Source: an uncultured delta proteobacterium (GTDB taxonomy: Bacteria; Desulfobacterota; Binatia; Binatales; Binataceae). Taken from it: 64,000 bases of DNA. The stretch spans positions 2,496,001-2,560,000 of the forward strand of contig CAWEEQ010000004.1 of NCBI GenBank assembly GCA_963808235.1, in the 5' to 3' direction. This document shows, one piece after another, positions 50,350-60,109 of the stretch (position 1 is its first letter; each line of letters starts with the position of its first letter). The notes under the pieces were generated by a model, which had not been told where the DNA came from, did no database searches, and was given only the letters and a program-made list of their open reading frames with translations. The position numbers and the translations under genes were made by a program.

Positions 50350-51502
50350 TCCACGCCAGGGTCGGCGCGAAAACCTGGCTTTCCGATTTGGTTCCGGCCA
50401 ACACATCGAGATGGCCCCATCCGTCGAACTTTGCAAATGACGGATCCGGCGCGCCGGTCGCTTTTGCCGACGCTTCGACCATTCCGGGCCATTGCGCGCC
50501 GAAGTTTGTGCTTGCAAATGCGATCACCGGAATCTTCGACGCATGGAGCGGAGCAAGCAGCTCCGGCGTAAACGGATTTTCGCCGTCCTGGACGGCCGGC
50601 CAATATCGATCGTAGGCGATCAGCAGTTTCGCCAACACCACCGGATCGGAAAAACCGCCCTGCGGATTTGCGAGCCCGCCCTTGCCGCCGAAAAATCCGC
50701 CCGCGTCATAGACCACGTGCTCGAGGTTCTCGCGTGCGGTCTTGTACTTGTGAATCGGCGCGGGCTGATCCGGATTGTCGATCACCATCTGCATCAACTT
50801 GTAGCGTTTGTCGTAGGTCAGGTGCTCGCCGCCGATATCGTCAGCGTAGTGGCCGGCGGGCACCGGACGCATCGGATGGTTCGGGATGAATCCGTCGAGC
50901 GCGATGATTCCAGCGACGCGCTCCGGATGCCGCGCCGCGTACAGATACGAAAATTCGACCCCGCGGCTGAAGCCCGCGACGAAGAGTTTGTCTTGTCCGG
51001 TTTTTTCGCTGACGAATTTCGCCGCTGCGTCGATGTCCGATTCAAAGAGTTCGTTGGTCCATCCCGCCAGTTCAGCGAGATCGTTCTGGGCAGTGGTGGG
51101 CCGAATGAAATGGGTGCGATAGTCCATCGCCCATACGTCAACGCCGTGCTCGGCGAGATAAACCTGGAATGAGTATTTAGGGTCCTCGAGCGCCACCTCG
51201 CCGTTCATGTTGGTGCCAGGAAGATAGAGCACGACCGCACCTTGATGTGGGGGCGGATTCAGTCCTTTGGCGACGCGATGCAGCGCGACCTTGTCCCACG
51301 GCGACTTTCCGACGACCGCGCTGAACGTATACTCGTAAATTCCCGGCGCGCCTTTAAGCTCGTGGGCGGTGCCGGTCGGCTGGAATTCCTCCGCGTGCGC
51401 GGCTCGAGCCGGCAGCCAGAGAATTGCGATCAACATCCACAGATGGAGCGTGACAATAGATCGGAAGATGCGGCGTGGCTGGCTGGGTTGTCGGATGTTC
51501 AT
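50330..51502 (-). CDS. Secreted alpha/beta hydrolase
   Basis: Signal peptide; YLPG, DYRTH, GFSRG, GWGHLD. Confidence 0.8.
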   Translation of the reverse strand: MNIRQPSQPRRIFRSIVTLHLWMLIAILWLPARAAHAEEFQPTGTAHELKGAPGIYEYTFSAVVGKSPWDKVALHRVAKGLNPPPHQGAVVLYLPGTNMNGEVALEDPKYSFQVYLAEHGVDVWAMDYRTHFIRPTTAQNDLAELAGWTNELFESDIDAAAKFVSEKTGQDKLFVAGFSRGVEFSYLYAARHPERVAGIIALDGFIPNHPMRPVPAGHYADDIGGEHLTYDKRYKLMQMVIDNPDQPAPIHKYKTARENLEHVVYDAGGFFGGKGGLANPQGGFSDPVVLAKLLIAYDRYWPAVQDGENPFTPELLAPLHASKIPVIAFASTNFGAQWPGMVEASAKATGAPDPSFAKFDGWGHLDVLAGTKSESQVFAPTLAWIKQHQK

Positions 51503-51660
51503 GGGAGTAGATTTCTCCACGATCGATTCTTCCCGCACAAGAGACGCGATCGTCGCCGGTTAATCTTTAGCGGTTGATCTTGCGCTGTCCGCCATGCGAA
51601 ACAGAATCGATAGGTCTTTCATTCAATCGACATCGGAAACAATTCCTGGGAGCAATTTCA

Positions 51661-52581
51661 ATGAGCAAGAAAGTTCAGTTCGCGCTGTTCTCTCCACAAG
51701 CCGGACAGTCGTGGCATCAGCTCGAGGAGCGGACGCATCGATGCGAGAAACTCGGCTACCATTCCATCTGGCTTGTCGATCATATGTGGACCGGCCAGAT
51801 GCCCGATCTCGATCATCATGAGTGCCTGACGCTGATGGCAGGTCTGGCGGCGAAGACCGAGAAAATCCGCATCGGCACGCTCGTCATATGCAACTCGTAT
51901 CGCAATCCGGCGTTGCTCGCGAAGACGCTGCTGACAATCGATCACATCAGCAACGGCCGGCTCGAAGTCGGTTACGGCGCTGGATGGATGGCGCCGGAGT
52001 ATAAGGCTTACGGCTACGAGTTTCCCTCGATGGGAACGCGGTTAAAGATGTTCGAGGAAGGGTTGCACATCATCAAGCTGATGTTCACCGAGAAGCGCGC
52101 GACTTTTAAGGGGCGGCACTATTCGGTCGAAGAAGCGATTTGCAATCCGAAGGGAGTGCAGCAGCCGCATCCGCCGATCACGATTGGCGGCAGTGGAGAA
52201 AAGGTCATGCTGAAACTGGTCGCGAGATTTGCGGACCGGTGGAACTGTCCGGCCGGCTACGAGAGCTTCGAGCACAAGTTCAACGTTTTGAAGAAGCACT
52301 GCAAAGATCTCGGCCGTGACGTGAATACGATCGACGTGTCGGAACAGTTGCTCGTCTGCATCGGCAAAACCGACGAGGAAGTCGAGCAGAAGTGGAAGAC
52401 GGCTCAGATGCTCAAGCCGTTCGTGACCACCGGGATCAAAGGCACGCCCAAGCAGCTGGTCGAGGAGCTAAGGAAACGGGTCGCGATGGGGATTACGACT
52501 TTCACCATTTTCTTCAGCGACTTCGCGCCGCCGCCGACGCTCGAGTTGTTCGCGAAAGAGGTGATGCCGGCATTTGCGTAA
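51661..52581 (+). CDS. LLM class (possibly F420-dependent) oxidoreductase
   Basis: WLVDH, YRNPALLAK..IDHISNGRL, QPHPPITIGG. Confidence 0.9.
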   Translation: MSKKVQFALFSPQAGQSWHQLEERTHRCEKLGYHSIWLVDHMWTGQMPDLDHHECLTLMAGLAAKTEKIRIGTLVICNSYRNPALLAKTLLTIDHISNGRLEVGYGAGWMAPEYKAYGYEFPSMGTRLKMFEEGLHIIKLMFTEKRATFKGRHYSVEEAICNPKGVQQPHPPITIGGSGEKVMLKLVARFADRWNCPAGYESFEHKFNVLKKHCKDLGRDVNTIDVSEQLLVCIGKTDEEVEQKWKTAQMLKPFVTTGIKGTPKQLVEELRKRVAMGITTFTIFFSDFAPPPTLELFAKEVMPAFA

Positions 52582-53317
52582 AATACTCCGACTGGGCGCA
52601 TCGTCGACGCGGGTGATTTGCGCGGCGGCGGGCGCGATTGTTCTGGCCGTGCTCGCCGCGGGATGCACCAGTGCGCAGCCGTCGTACTACTCGACGCAGC
52701 TCGACACGACCGGCGGCCTTGGACCGGGCGATCCGGTGACGCATGCGTCATCGACGATCGGGCGGGTGACCGGGGTGTCGCCCATCGGCGATGGCGATTC
52801 GGAGGTCTCGCTCGAAATCGAGGGATCGCACGCGGACGAGATTCACAACGATTCGATAATGGTGCTGAACAATCTCGGCACAACGCCGTCGCTCGACGTG
52901 ATGAACGTTGACGCGATGAGCCGCAGCGCGCCGTCCGGCACCCGGCTTGACGGCGCGTCGAGCATGAACGAGACGCAACTACTGATGACGGCGCGCGGCC
53001 CAGGAAGCTTTGCGCAGGCACTGGGAAATGCGACCAGCACGAGCAGCACGCCACCGTCGCCCGAAGCCGCGCAGATGACGAATCTTCTCGCCCAAATTTC
53101 GCGACAGACGATTGCCAATGCCGTGGCAGTCGCGCCGCCGACGCAAGAGCAAATTGAAGAAGAGAAGCGCGAAGCGGCGAGCGTCGAGCGGCAACTCATG
53201 CGCAATGGCAAAAGCGAGCAGGCCGAACGCCTGCGCACGCAGATGGGTGGCCTGATGACCGGAGTAACCGCGCCGGTCAATCCGAATACGCTGCCACCGA
53301 CTTCGCCAAATCCTTGA
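52574..53317 (+). CDS. MlaD/MCE-like lipoprotein
   Basis: LAAGC lipobox; GGLGPGDPV....IGRVTGV. Confidence 0.6.
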   Translation: MRKILRLGASSTRVICAAAGAIVLAVLAAGCTSAQPSYYSTQLDTTGGLGPGDPVTHASSTIGRVTGVSPIGDGDSEVSLEIEGSHADEIHNDSIMVLNNLGTTPSLDVMNVDAMSRSAPSGTRLDGASSMNETQLLMTARGPGSFAQALGNATSTSSTPPSPEAAQMTNLLAQISRQTIANAVAVAPPTQEQIEEEKREAASVERQLMRNGKSEQAERLRTQMGGLMTGVTAPVNPNTLPPTSPNP

Positions 53318-53592
53318 TCTGAGGGCTATTTCGGTCCGTGCCGACCCCAACATCGAGTCGCGATGCTAGGCAATCGTATGCTATGTATAGCCATGTTCAA
53401 GTTCCATGGCTTGTGTGTTGATTTGAGTTAGCGTAGATTCTCTCAAGCTAAGTAACCCAGCTAATGGTCGCTATAGCTTTTTGTGGAGAAATCTGTACTT
53501 ACTGTAAGTGGCTCGAATGCTACAAAAAGTTAAAGCGATGGGGACGCCTCCGAGGGGTCCGCTTGGCGAAGAACTAGAGCGAGGACGCTAAC

Positions 53593-53877
53593 ATGAGCAT
53601 CGTCATAGTACAGACGCCTGGAACTCCCGGTGGGCCGTGCCGCGGGTCCTGTGACCACCCCAAGTGCCATTCGCTGCGCGCGATCGCCGACGAACGATGC
53701 CATCATTGCGGCGGCCGCCTTGGATTCGGCACGAGGATTACCGGAGACCCGGCGATGCATCTGCGTTGCGCGCAGACCATCGCCGCGCGAGCCGGGGCAC
53801 CTGCCGCGACTCATCCGATAAACGAGCCGAGTGCGGGTGACAATCACTCCACGGGACATCACGGCGACAAGCAGTAG
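53593..53877 (+). CDS. Small Cys/His-rich (zinc-finger-like) hypothetical protein
   Basis: RBS GAGG; CxxxCxHxxC...CxxC...HxxC. Confidence 0.55.
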   Translation: MSIVIVQTPGTPGGPCRGSCDHPKCHSLRAIADERCHHCGGRLGFGTRITGDPAMHLRCAQTIAARAGAPAATHPINEPSAGDNHSTGHHGDKQ

Positions 53878-54005
53878 CGTCGAGCATTTTCCGTTTCGGT
53901 TTCCTGCCAGACGCGTCACTTCGGCGCGTGCCTGACTCCCGCTTGACACCTTAGTCACCGGCGCGGTACCGCTCGTTCGTCACGGTGCTGAGGGAGATTC
54001 AAGCT

Positions 54006-55443
54006 GTGGACGGTGAAACACTGGCGCGCGTGCGCACGCTGCGCGACCGCCTCGATCATCCAGTGATCGACGCAGACGGTCACTTGGTCGAACCGGCTCC
54101 GCTCTTCAACGAATATCTTCGCAAAGTCGGCGGACGCGACATGCTCGAGCGCTACAACCGCGAGCTGCGCGAAAATCCGACCGGCTCGCGCGGAAATCGC
54201 GACGCGGGCGATATGCGCGGTGCGTGGTGGGGCGTGGTCAACGATGCGTACGATCTCGCGACGGTGATGGCGCCGCGGCTGCTCTACAGCCGGATGAACG
54301 AGCTCGGCGTTGATTTTTCGATTCTGTATCCGACCCTCGGACTCGCGCTGCCGACGATCCAGGATGCGGACGTACGGCGCGCGGCGTGCCGGGCGCTGAA
54401 CACGATGAACGCCGAGATCTGCGGGCAGTTTCGCGACCGGATGGCTCCGGCGGCTGCGATCCCGATGCACACGCCGGACGAAGCGATCGCGGAACTCGAG
54501 CATGCAGCGCAACTCGGCTTGCGGGTTGCGATGATTCCGCCGGGAGTGGCGCGGCCAATCCCGGCGCTCGAACGCGAGCATGCGAGCGCGTTTCCGTATG
54601 CGGCGTACTTCGACAACTACGGCCTCGACAGCTTTTTCGATTACGATCCGTTGTGGCGCAAATTCATCGAGCTCAAAATCGCCGTCACCTCGCACGGCGG
54701 CGTGGGTCTGCGTTATCTCCCGCTCGGGCGGCGCTCGCCGGCAAACTACATGTTTAACCATATCGGCGGGCACGCCTATCAGCAGGGCGAGCTGTGCCGC
54801 TCGCTCGTGATGGGCGGGGTGCCCGCGCGATTCCCCGAGCTCGGGTTCGGCTTTCCTGGAATGTGGCGCCGGATGGGCGTGCGATTTGCTCCATTCGCTG
54901 GAAGAGCATTGGGAAAAGCGCAATCTTGCCGGCCTCGCGAATTACGATCCGTCGCGGCTCGATCGTCCGCGGCTGCATCAACTGCTCACCGAGTACGGCG
55001 GCGCTCAGTTCGTCGCGAAGGATTCGGCGCGCGCCGAACGAGCTTACGATGAAGGTGTCGGACGCCACGATCGGGCCGCGGATCGCGACGAGTGGGCGCA
55101 GGCCGGCGTGCGCGAGGAGCACGACTTCGTGCGCATTTTCAGCAACTTCTACTTCGGCTGCGAAGCCGACGACTTGAGCGTCCATCGCGCGCTCGACGCT
55201 CGCGGCAACCCGATGCGCGCACGCCTGCAGCCGATTTTTTCCTCCGACATCGGCCATTGGGACGTGCCTGATATCTCCGCCGTCCTGCTCGAGAGCCATC
55301 GCCTTGTCGACAAAGGCATCTTGACCGACACCGACTACCGCGACTTCGTATTCACCTACCCCGCGCGGCTCCATCTGAAGGCGAATCCGGAATTCTTCGC
55401 GGGCACCGCGATCGCGGACTCGATCGTTGGACTGGATACATAG
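54006..55443 (+). CDS. Amidohydrolase family protein, frameshifted at about 54853
   Basis: IDADGH, LYPT, SHG; removing one T gives FGFLECGAGW; FSSDIGHWD. Confidence 0.85.
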
Positions 55444-56211
55444 GTGCTGTCGATCGAGCAGAAGCGCGACTGGGACGAAAAAGGATTCTTCATCATCCGT
55501 GGCTTCGCACCGAGAGCTGTATGCCGCGCTATGCACGATCGCGTCGTCGAGATGTGCCGTCTGAATGCGGCCGGTGAGATTGTCCCCAACGTTCTGGTGT
55601 TGCCGGAGAAGAAGCCCAACACGCTAGCGAAGAATCCCGAGGACAACATCGGCAAAGTTTTCCGGCTCCATCGCGACCCGCTGTTCAAGAAGCACGTCGA
55701 GGATCCGGCGGTGATCGAGATTGTAAGCGACCTGATCGGCCCGCAACTCGATTGTTTCCTGAGTCAGTTCATCTTCAAAAACCACGGCGCGATGGGCCAG
55801 CCGTGGCATCAGGATTCCTACTACTTTGCTTTCGATACCCGGCCGCAAGTCGGCATCTGGCTCGCAATCACCGAGGCGACGCTGGACAACGGATGCCTTC
55901 ACGTGATGCCGGGTTCGCATCGCGAGCCGGTGCACCAGCACGTGCCCGACCGGCGTCCGGACGCGCAGTACGGCTACACAGAGATCGTCGACTACGACAT
56001 GTCGAAGTCGGTGCCGGTGCTGATGCAGCCGGGAGACCTGCTCGTGTTTCACAGCCACCTGATGCATCGCTCGACCGACAACGAGTCGAGTGGCATTCGC
56101 GCCGCGATGGTCTGGCACTACACCAAGTCCGGGACGATCGATCGGACGTTAGAGAAGTTCGGCCGCCAGAACCCGGTGCACGACTTCATGAAAATTGACC
56201 GTACAGCCTAG
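55444..56211 (+). CDS. Phytanoyl-CoA dioxygenase (PhyH) family Fe(II)/2OG enzyme
   Basis: WHQD, NGCLHVMPGSH, GDLLVFH..LMHRS..N..R. Confidence 0.9.
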   Translation: MLSIEQKRDWDEKGFFIIRGFAPRAVCRAMHDRVVEMCRLNAAGEIVPNVLVLPEKKPNTLAKNPEDNIGKVFRLHRDPLFKKHVEDPAVIEIVSDLIGPQLDCFLSQFIFKNHGAMGQPWHQDSYYFAFDTRPQVGIWLAITEATLDNGCLHVMPGSHREPVHQHVPDRRPDAQYGYTEIVDYDMSKSVPVLMQPGDLLVFHSHLMHRSTDNESSGIRAAMVWHYTKSGTIDRTLEKFGRQNPVHDFMKIDRTA

Positions 56212-56240
56212 ACCACGGCTCTTGGAGATCTGGATAGTCG

Positions 56241-56561
56241 CTAGGTGCGCGCGGCTTTAACCTCGAAGCGCACGCCCTCGCGGTGCTGGAGGAAACTGAC
56301 GATCTCGAAGAGATTGTCGGCGCGTGGGTTGCCCGTCGGTCCCAGCATTCTCATCAGGCTTTTGGAAGATATGCATGTGCCTTTGGCGAGGTCGCCGAAG
56401 CCCAGGGTCGCGTTGATGTAATCGCGCAGGATGGTCTTGCCCGTGGCTACATCGCCGGCGAGCATCGCTTCGACTCCTTCACGGAGAAGTGCTCTTCGGA
56501 ATTTCGGATCGCGTTCGACGCGCGCGCGAATGGTTTCCTTGAAATCGCGAGTGAGCGGCAT
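56241..56561 (-). CDS. Addiction-module antitoxin / HTH regulator
   Basis: PLTRDFKETI..KSLMRML..GNP; downstream of a RelE-type toxin. Confidence 0.8.
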   Translation of the reverse strand: MPLTRDFKETIRARVERDPKFRRALLREGVEAMLAGDVATGKTILRDYINATLGFGDLAKGTCISSKSLMRMLGPTGNPRADNLFEIVSFLQHREGVRFEVKAART

Positions 56562-56573
56562 GGCTTAAATCTC

Positions 56574-56892
56574 CTACTTCCTTCGTTTGTAATCTTGCCA
56601 ATTGGCAAACGCGGCGCTGATGTCACGCTGCTGGCGCTTCTTCGTGCCGCCGCCCAACAGAATGACCAGCCTTTCGCCATCCTTGCCAAAATAGATCCGG
56701 TATCCGGGACCGTAGTCGAGCTTGTATTCGAGAACTCCGGAACCAACGCTCTCGACGTTCGAGAAATTCCCAAGCGAGATCCTGGTAGCGGCCGTCGCAA
56801 CCTTCGCGGCTGCCTCGGCCATTCAGGCTGTCGAACCATGCCGCATACGGGCTGCGGCCCGTCGGGTCGAGATATTCTCGAACGTCGATCAT
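56574..56892 (-). CDS. RelE/HigB-type addiction-module toxin, frameshifted at about 56820
   Basis: MIDVREY..GRSPYAAWFDSL joins GNF..VG.GV.E.K.DYGPGYRIYF..LLGGGTKKRQ. Confidence 0.85.
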
Positions 56893-56954
56893 TCGTTATG
56901 GTAACATATTAGTTACCATTGTCAAGGAGCGAATCGGCGGTGCGCCTAAAAGCT

Positions 56955-57584
56955 TCAACTGAGCGAGGCGATCAATTTCTCGAGGGCGGGAGGCAGGTCG
57001 GCGAGGGTGGGGATTCGGTGGTGATGGTCGACGCGGCGGCCTACGGCGATGAAATGGGTGCCGGCGCTTTCTGCGGCCAGGCGATCGATTTTGCTGTCGC
57101 CGACGTAGACTGCGCGCGATGCGTCGACGTTCGCGCGTTGCAGGCATAGTTGGAGGATGTCCGGGGCGGGTTTGGGACGTACTTTGTCGAGTGCGCTTGC
57201 GACTGCATCGAAAACTCCGGACAGACCAAGATGCTCGATTAGCGCAGGCACGGTGGCGGATCGATTTGTCGCCAGCGCGAGTTTGTAGCGCCGCTTGAAG
57301 TCGAGCATGAACGGGCGCAATTCGAAGGGTGGCCGCAGCATCCTGAAAAACGGAGTTTGATCCATACCGCGGGTGAGATCCTGCATCTTGCGGAGCATCG
57401 CCGCATCGCCACGGGCGCGCGCCGCGAAAACTTCGCTCGCGGCGTAAGAGATCGCCGAAATCTCCTCGTTGCGATCGAGCGGCGCCAAGCCCAGTTGCGC
57501 AAAGATCCAGTTGTAGTAGGCGACGTTCGATTCATCGGAATCGAACAGCACGCCATCCGCGTCGAACATGACGAGTTCAATCAT
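56955..57584 (-). CDS. HAD family hydrolase (phosphoglycolate phosphatase-like)
   Basis: FDADGVLFDS, ATN, KPAPD, VGDS..D. Confidence 0.9.
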   Translation of the reverse strand: MIELVMFDADGVLFDSDESNVAYYNWIFAQLGLAPLDRNEEISAISYAASEVFAARARGDAAMLRKMQDLTRGMDQTPFFRMLRPPFELRPFMLDFKRRYKLALATNRSATVPALIEHLGLSGVFDAVASALDKVRPKPAPDILQLCLQRANVDASRAVYVGDSKIDRLAAESAGTHFIAVGRRVDHHHRIPTLADLPPALEKLIASLS

Positions 57585-57652
57585 TTTGAAGGTAATATTG
57601 TGCGCGACCTGCGCGACGCGCGCCAGACGACGGGCGAATCGATGCGAATTAG

Positions 57653-58153
57653 TCAGCGCGAGGCACGGGTGCGATCATTGCGCTCGGACCGCCGCGCGTG
57701 CGGGCGCCTCGGGGGGCGCGGAATTGCGATCATCTCGCGCGCCACGACTCGCGCGCCGCAATGCGAGCAGACCATATCCATCGAGGTTTTCGCTCCGCAA
57801 GTGCGATGAATCAAGGTCATCGGAGGGCCCGATTCGTCGCTGAGCCAGGTGTCGCCCCAGCGCATCATTGCAATCAGTACGGGGTAGAGCTCGAACCCTT
57901 TTTTGGTCAGCCGGTACTCGATGCGCGCGTTGTCGCCGTCGCTGCGCACTCGATCCATGATTCCATCGCGTACCAGGTCGCGCAGACGCGAGCTAAGTAT
58001 GTTGCGTGCGATTCCGGTACCCTGCTGAAATTCGTCGAAGCGATGGCGTCCGAGAAACGCTTCGCGCAGCAGCAGCATCGTCCATCGCTCGCCGACTACT
58101 GACAGCGTGCGCGCGACCGAGCAGTTCATCGATTTGACCGAATCCCATCGCAT
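57653..58153 (-). CDS. HxlR-family winged-helix transcriptional regulator
   Basis: CSVARTLSVVGERWTMLLLRE..EYRLT.KG..WGD.W. Confidence 0.92.
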   Translation of the reverse strand: MRWDSVKSMNCSVARTLSVVGERWTMLLLREAFLGRHRFDEFQQGTGIARNILSSRLRDLVRDGIMDRVRSDGDNARIEYRLTKKGFELYPVLIAMMRWGDTWLSDESGPPMTLIHRTCGAKTSMDMVCSHCGARVVAREMIAIPRPPRRPHARRSERNDRTRASR

Positions 58154-58236
58154 CGGCGTCTGGCATCCCCCGAGCCTGAAATTTCACACCTCGCCCGGCA
58201 TTTCCCCAAAGGCCGGACGCGGCTAGACGCTTTTAT

Positions 58237-58253
58237 AGTTGCACTTTGAAACT
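58237..58253. promoter_or_regulatory. Putative HxlR operator AGTTGCA-CTT-TGAAACT
   Basis: Imperfect palindrome upstream of the regulator; recurs at 58679, 59817 and 59835. Confidence 0.55.
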
Positions 58254-58678
58254 TGGTTTTCCAGCCGCCCCGATACGAACATATGCGAACAGATGCGATA
58301 CGGCGGATTGATCTTCCGTTTCAGGATTTAGCTGGAGCGTTCGCGCACGACAGGGCGCCGAACGAGCATCACGAACGCAAGCAAATTCAGGCGGGGGCGC
58401 GGCGCGGGCGGAATGGGATGGAGTGCCAGGAACAGATCGCGACGATAGGTTTCGACCTGTCGCCTGATTCGGTCGAAGCTCTGCGACATCTCCGCACGGA
58501 CGGCGACAATATCCGGTTCCACATTCACCCAGTTTAGAATTTTATCGAAAAGAGGCTACTCAGGCTAATTATTTTGCTTTCAAGCTAATTCGTTTTGCCT
58601 TCTCTAAAGAACAGTAATCTCATCTACACGCGTGTGCCGGCGTATCGCGACACACGGTAAAGCTTCCTGAAGACTTGA

Positions 58679-58695
58679 AGTTGCAAAATGCAACC
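58679..58695. promoter_or_regulatory. Putative HxlR operator AGTTGCA-AAA-TGCAACC
   Basis: Palindrome upstream of the quinone oxidoreductase. Confidence 0.55.
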
Positions 58696-58773
58696 GACGG
58701 TGGGAGTATCCGCGAGGACGTCAACACCCGTCGCGGGAGGTCGTGCGATGGCGCGACGTGAGAGGTCGAGCAT

Positions 58774-59742
58774 ATGAAGGCAATCGTATTTGAAAAAATT
58801 GGCGGACCCGAGGTGATGAAAATCGCGGAGGTTCCGAAGCCCGAAGTGAAACCAGGCATGGTGCTGATCAAGGTCCGCGCGGCCGGAATCAACTTTGCCG
58901 ATACACTGTTCCGGCAGGGGCAGTATGTGATGCGTCCGAAGTTTCCCGACACGCCCGGGCTTGAAGGCGCAGGCGAGATCGAAGCGGTTGGGGCGGGCGT
59001 GACGAATCTACGGCCGGGCCAGCGGGTGGCGGCGATGGGCAGCAAGATGTACGCGGAGTACGCGCTCGCGCCGGCGGCGCAGGCGATTCCGATCCCTGAG
59101 TCGCTGAACTTCGAGCAGGGCGCTGCATTCCCCGTCCAGGTGCTGACCGCATGGCACATGCTGCACACCTCGCACAAAACGGAACCCGGCCAGACCGTGT
59201 TGGTGCATTCCGCGGCAGGCGGAGTCGGCCTGGTGGCGGTTCAGATCGCAAAAGCGGCAGGTGCCCGCGTGATCGGCACCGTCTCGAACGACAACAAGCT
59301 TGGACTGGTCAAAGAGTACGGCGCTGACGACGTGATCAACTACGCAACGCATGATTTTGCGGCAGAAGCGAATCGTCTGACCAGCGGACGCGGAGTCGAT
59401 CTGATCCTGGACGCGGTCGGCGCGACCACGATGGAAAAAGGACTGAGCTGTCTCGCTCCGTTCGGCCACTTGATCCTATACGGACGCTCGGGCGGTGCAC
59501 CGGAACCGCTGAACCTGTTCCGGCTGTTCGAAAAATCGCTCAAGGTAAGCGGCTTCGTGCTCTATACCGTGGCAGCGGTGCCCGACGCGATGCGCCGTGG
59601 AATCGAGGAATCGCTCCGTCTGATCGCGGAGAAGAAGTTAAGAATCGTGGTGGGCAAGGCGTTCCCGCTCGCGCAGGCCACCGAGGCTCATCGGTTGATG
59701 GAATCGCGACAATCGACCGGCAAGCTGGTGCTGGTTCCGTAA
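58774..59742 (+). CDS. NADPH:quinone oxidoreductase (zeta-crystallin/MDR family)
   Basis: AAGINFAD, PGLEGAG, HSAAGGVG, STGKLVL. Confidence 0.92.
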   Translation: MKAIVFEKIGGPEVMKIAEVPKPEVKPGMVLIKVRAAGINFADTLFRQGQYVMRPKFPDTPGLEGAGEIEAVGAGVTNLRPGQRVAAMGSKMYAEYALAPAAQAIPIPESLNFEQGAAFPVQVLTAWHMLHTSHKTEPGQTVLVHSAAGGVGLVAVQIAKAAGARVIGTVSNDNKLGLVKEYGADDVINYATHDFAAEANRLTSGRGVDLILDAVGATTMEKGLSCLAPFGHLILYGRSGGAPEPLNLFRLFEKSLKVSGFVLYTVAAVPDAMRRGIEESLRLIAEKKLRIVVGKAFPLAQATEAHRLMESRQSTGKLVLVP

Positions 59743-59816
59743 ACGATCGCGCAGCGGCGCTGGAATCACTGCTCTCGATTCGCCGATCCGCGTTTCTGAC
59801 TCCGCAAATCCAGGCG

Positions 59817-59851
59817 AGTAGCAATTTGCAAGTTCGTAGCAATTTGCAACT
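59817..59851. promoter_or_regulatory. Tandem pair of the same operator-like palindrome
   Basis: AGTAGCA-ATT-TGCAAGT and CGTAGCA-ATT-TGCAACT, 18-bp period. Confidence 0.55.
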
Positions 59852-60060
59852 GATTTTTTTCGGCCGCGTTCACTCGAGAATGCATTTCGCTTTGAGCATC
59901 AATTCGTAAGCTTCAGCACGCTTTTTAGCACGATCATCGTCGTCATGGCGGTTGTTTGAGTGCTGATTGACGGCGCCGCGATCCGCTTCCTGCGAATTGT
60001 CTTCGCATCGCGCGCGACTATTTGACAACGATCTCCCGAGATAATTTCGTCACGCGATGA

Positions 60061-60076
60061 TGGCATCCGAGTTGCT
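60061..60076 (+). promoter_or_regulatory. Putative sigma54 promoter of the DUF1329 gene
   Basis: TGGCAT-CCGAG-TTGCT, correct GG-N10-GC spacing, 33 nt before the ATG. Confidence 0.65.
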
Positions 60077-60109
60077 TCGTCTTTCGCATTTTTCCGAAAG
60101 GAGGAGTTC

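Noticed and set aside
58328-58528. 66-aa ORF between the HxlR regulator and the quinone reductase
   Set aside because: No recognisable motif or clear RBS; cannot be supported from sequence alone.
60022-60045. TTGACA...GATAAT as a sigma70 promoter
   Set aside because: Spacer is only 12 nt; the sigma54 site at 60061 fits better.
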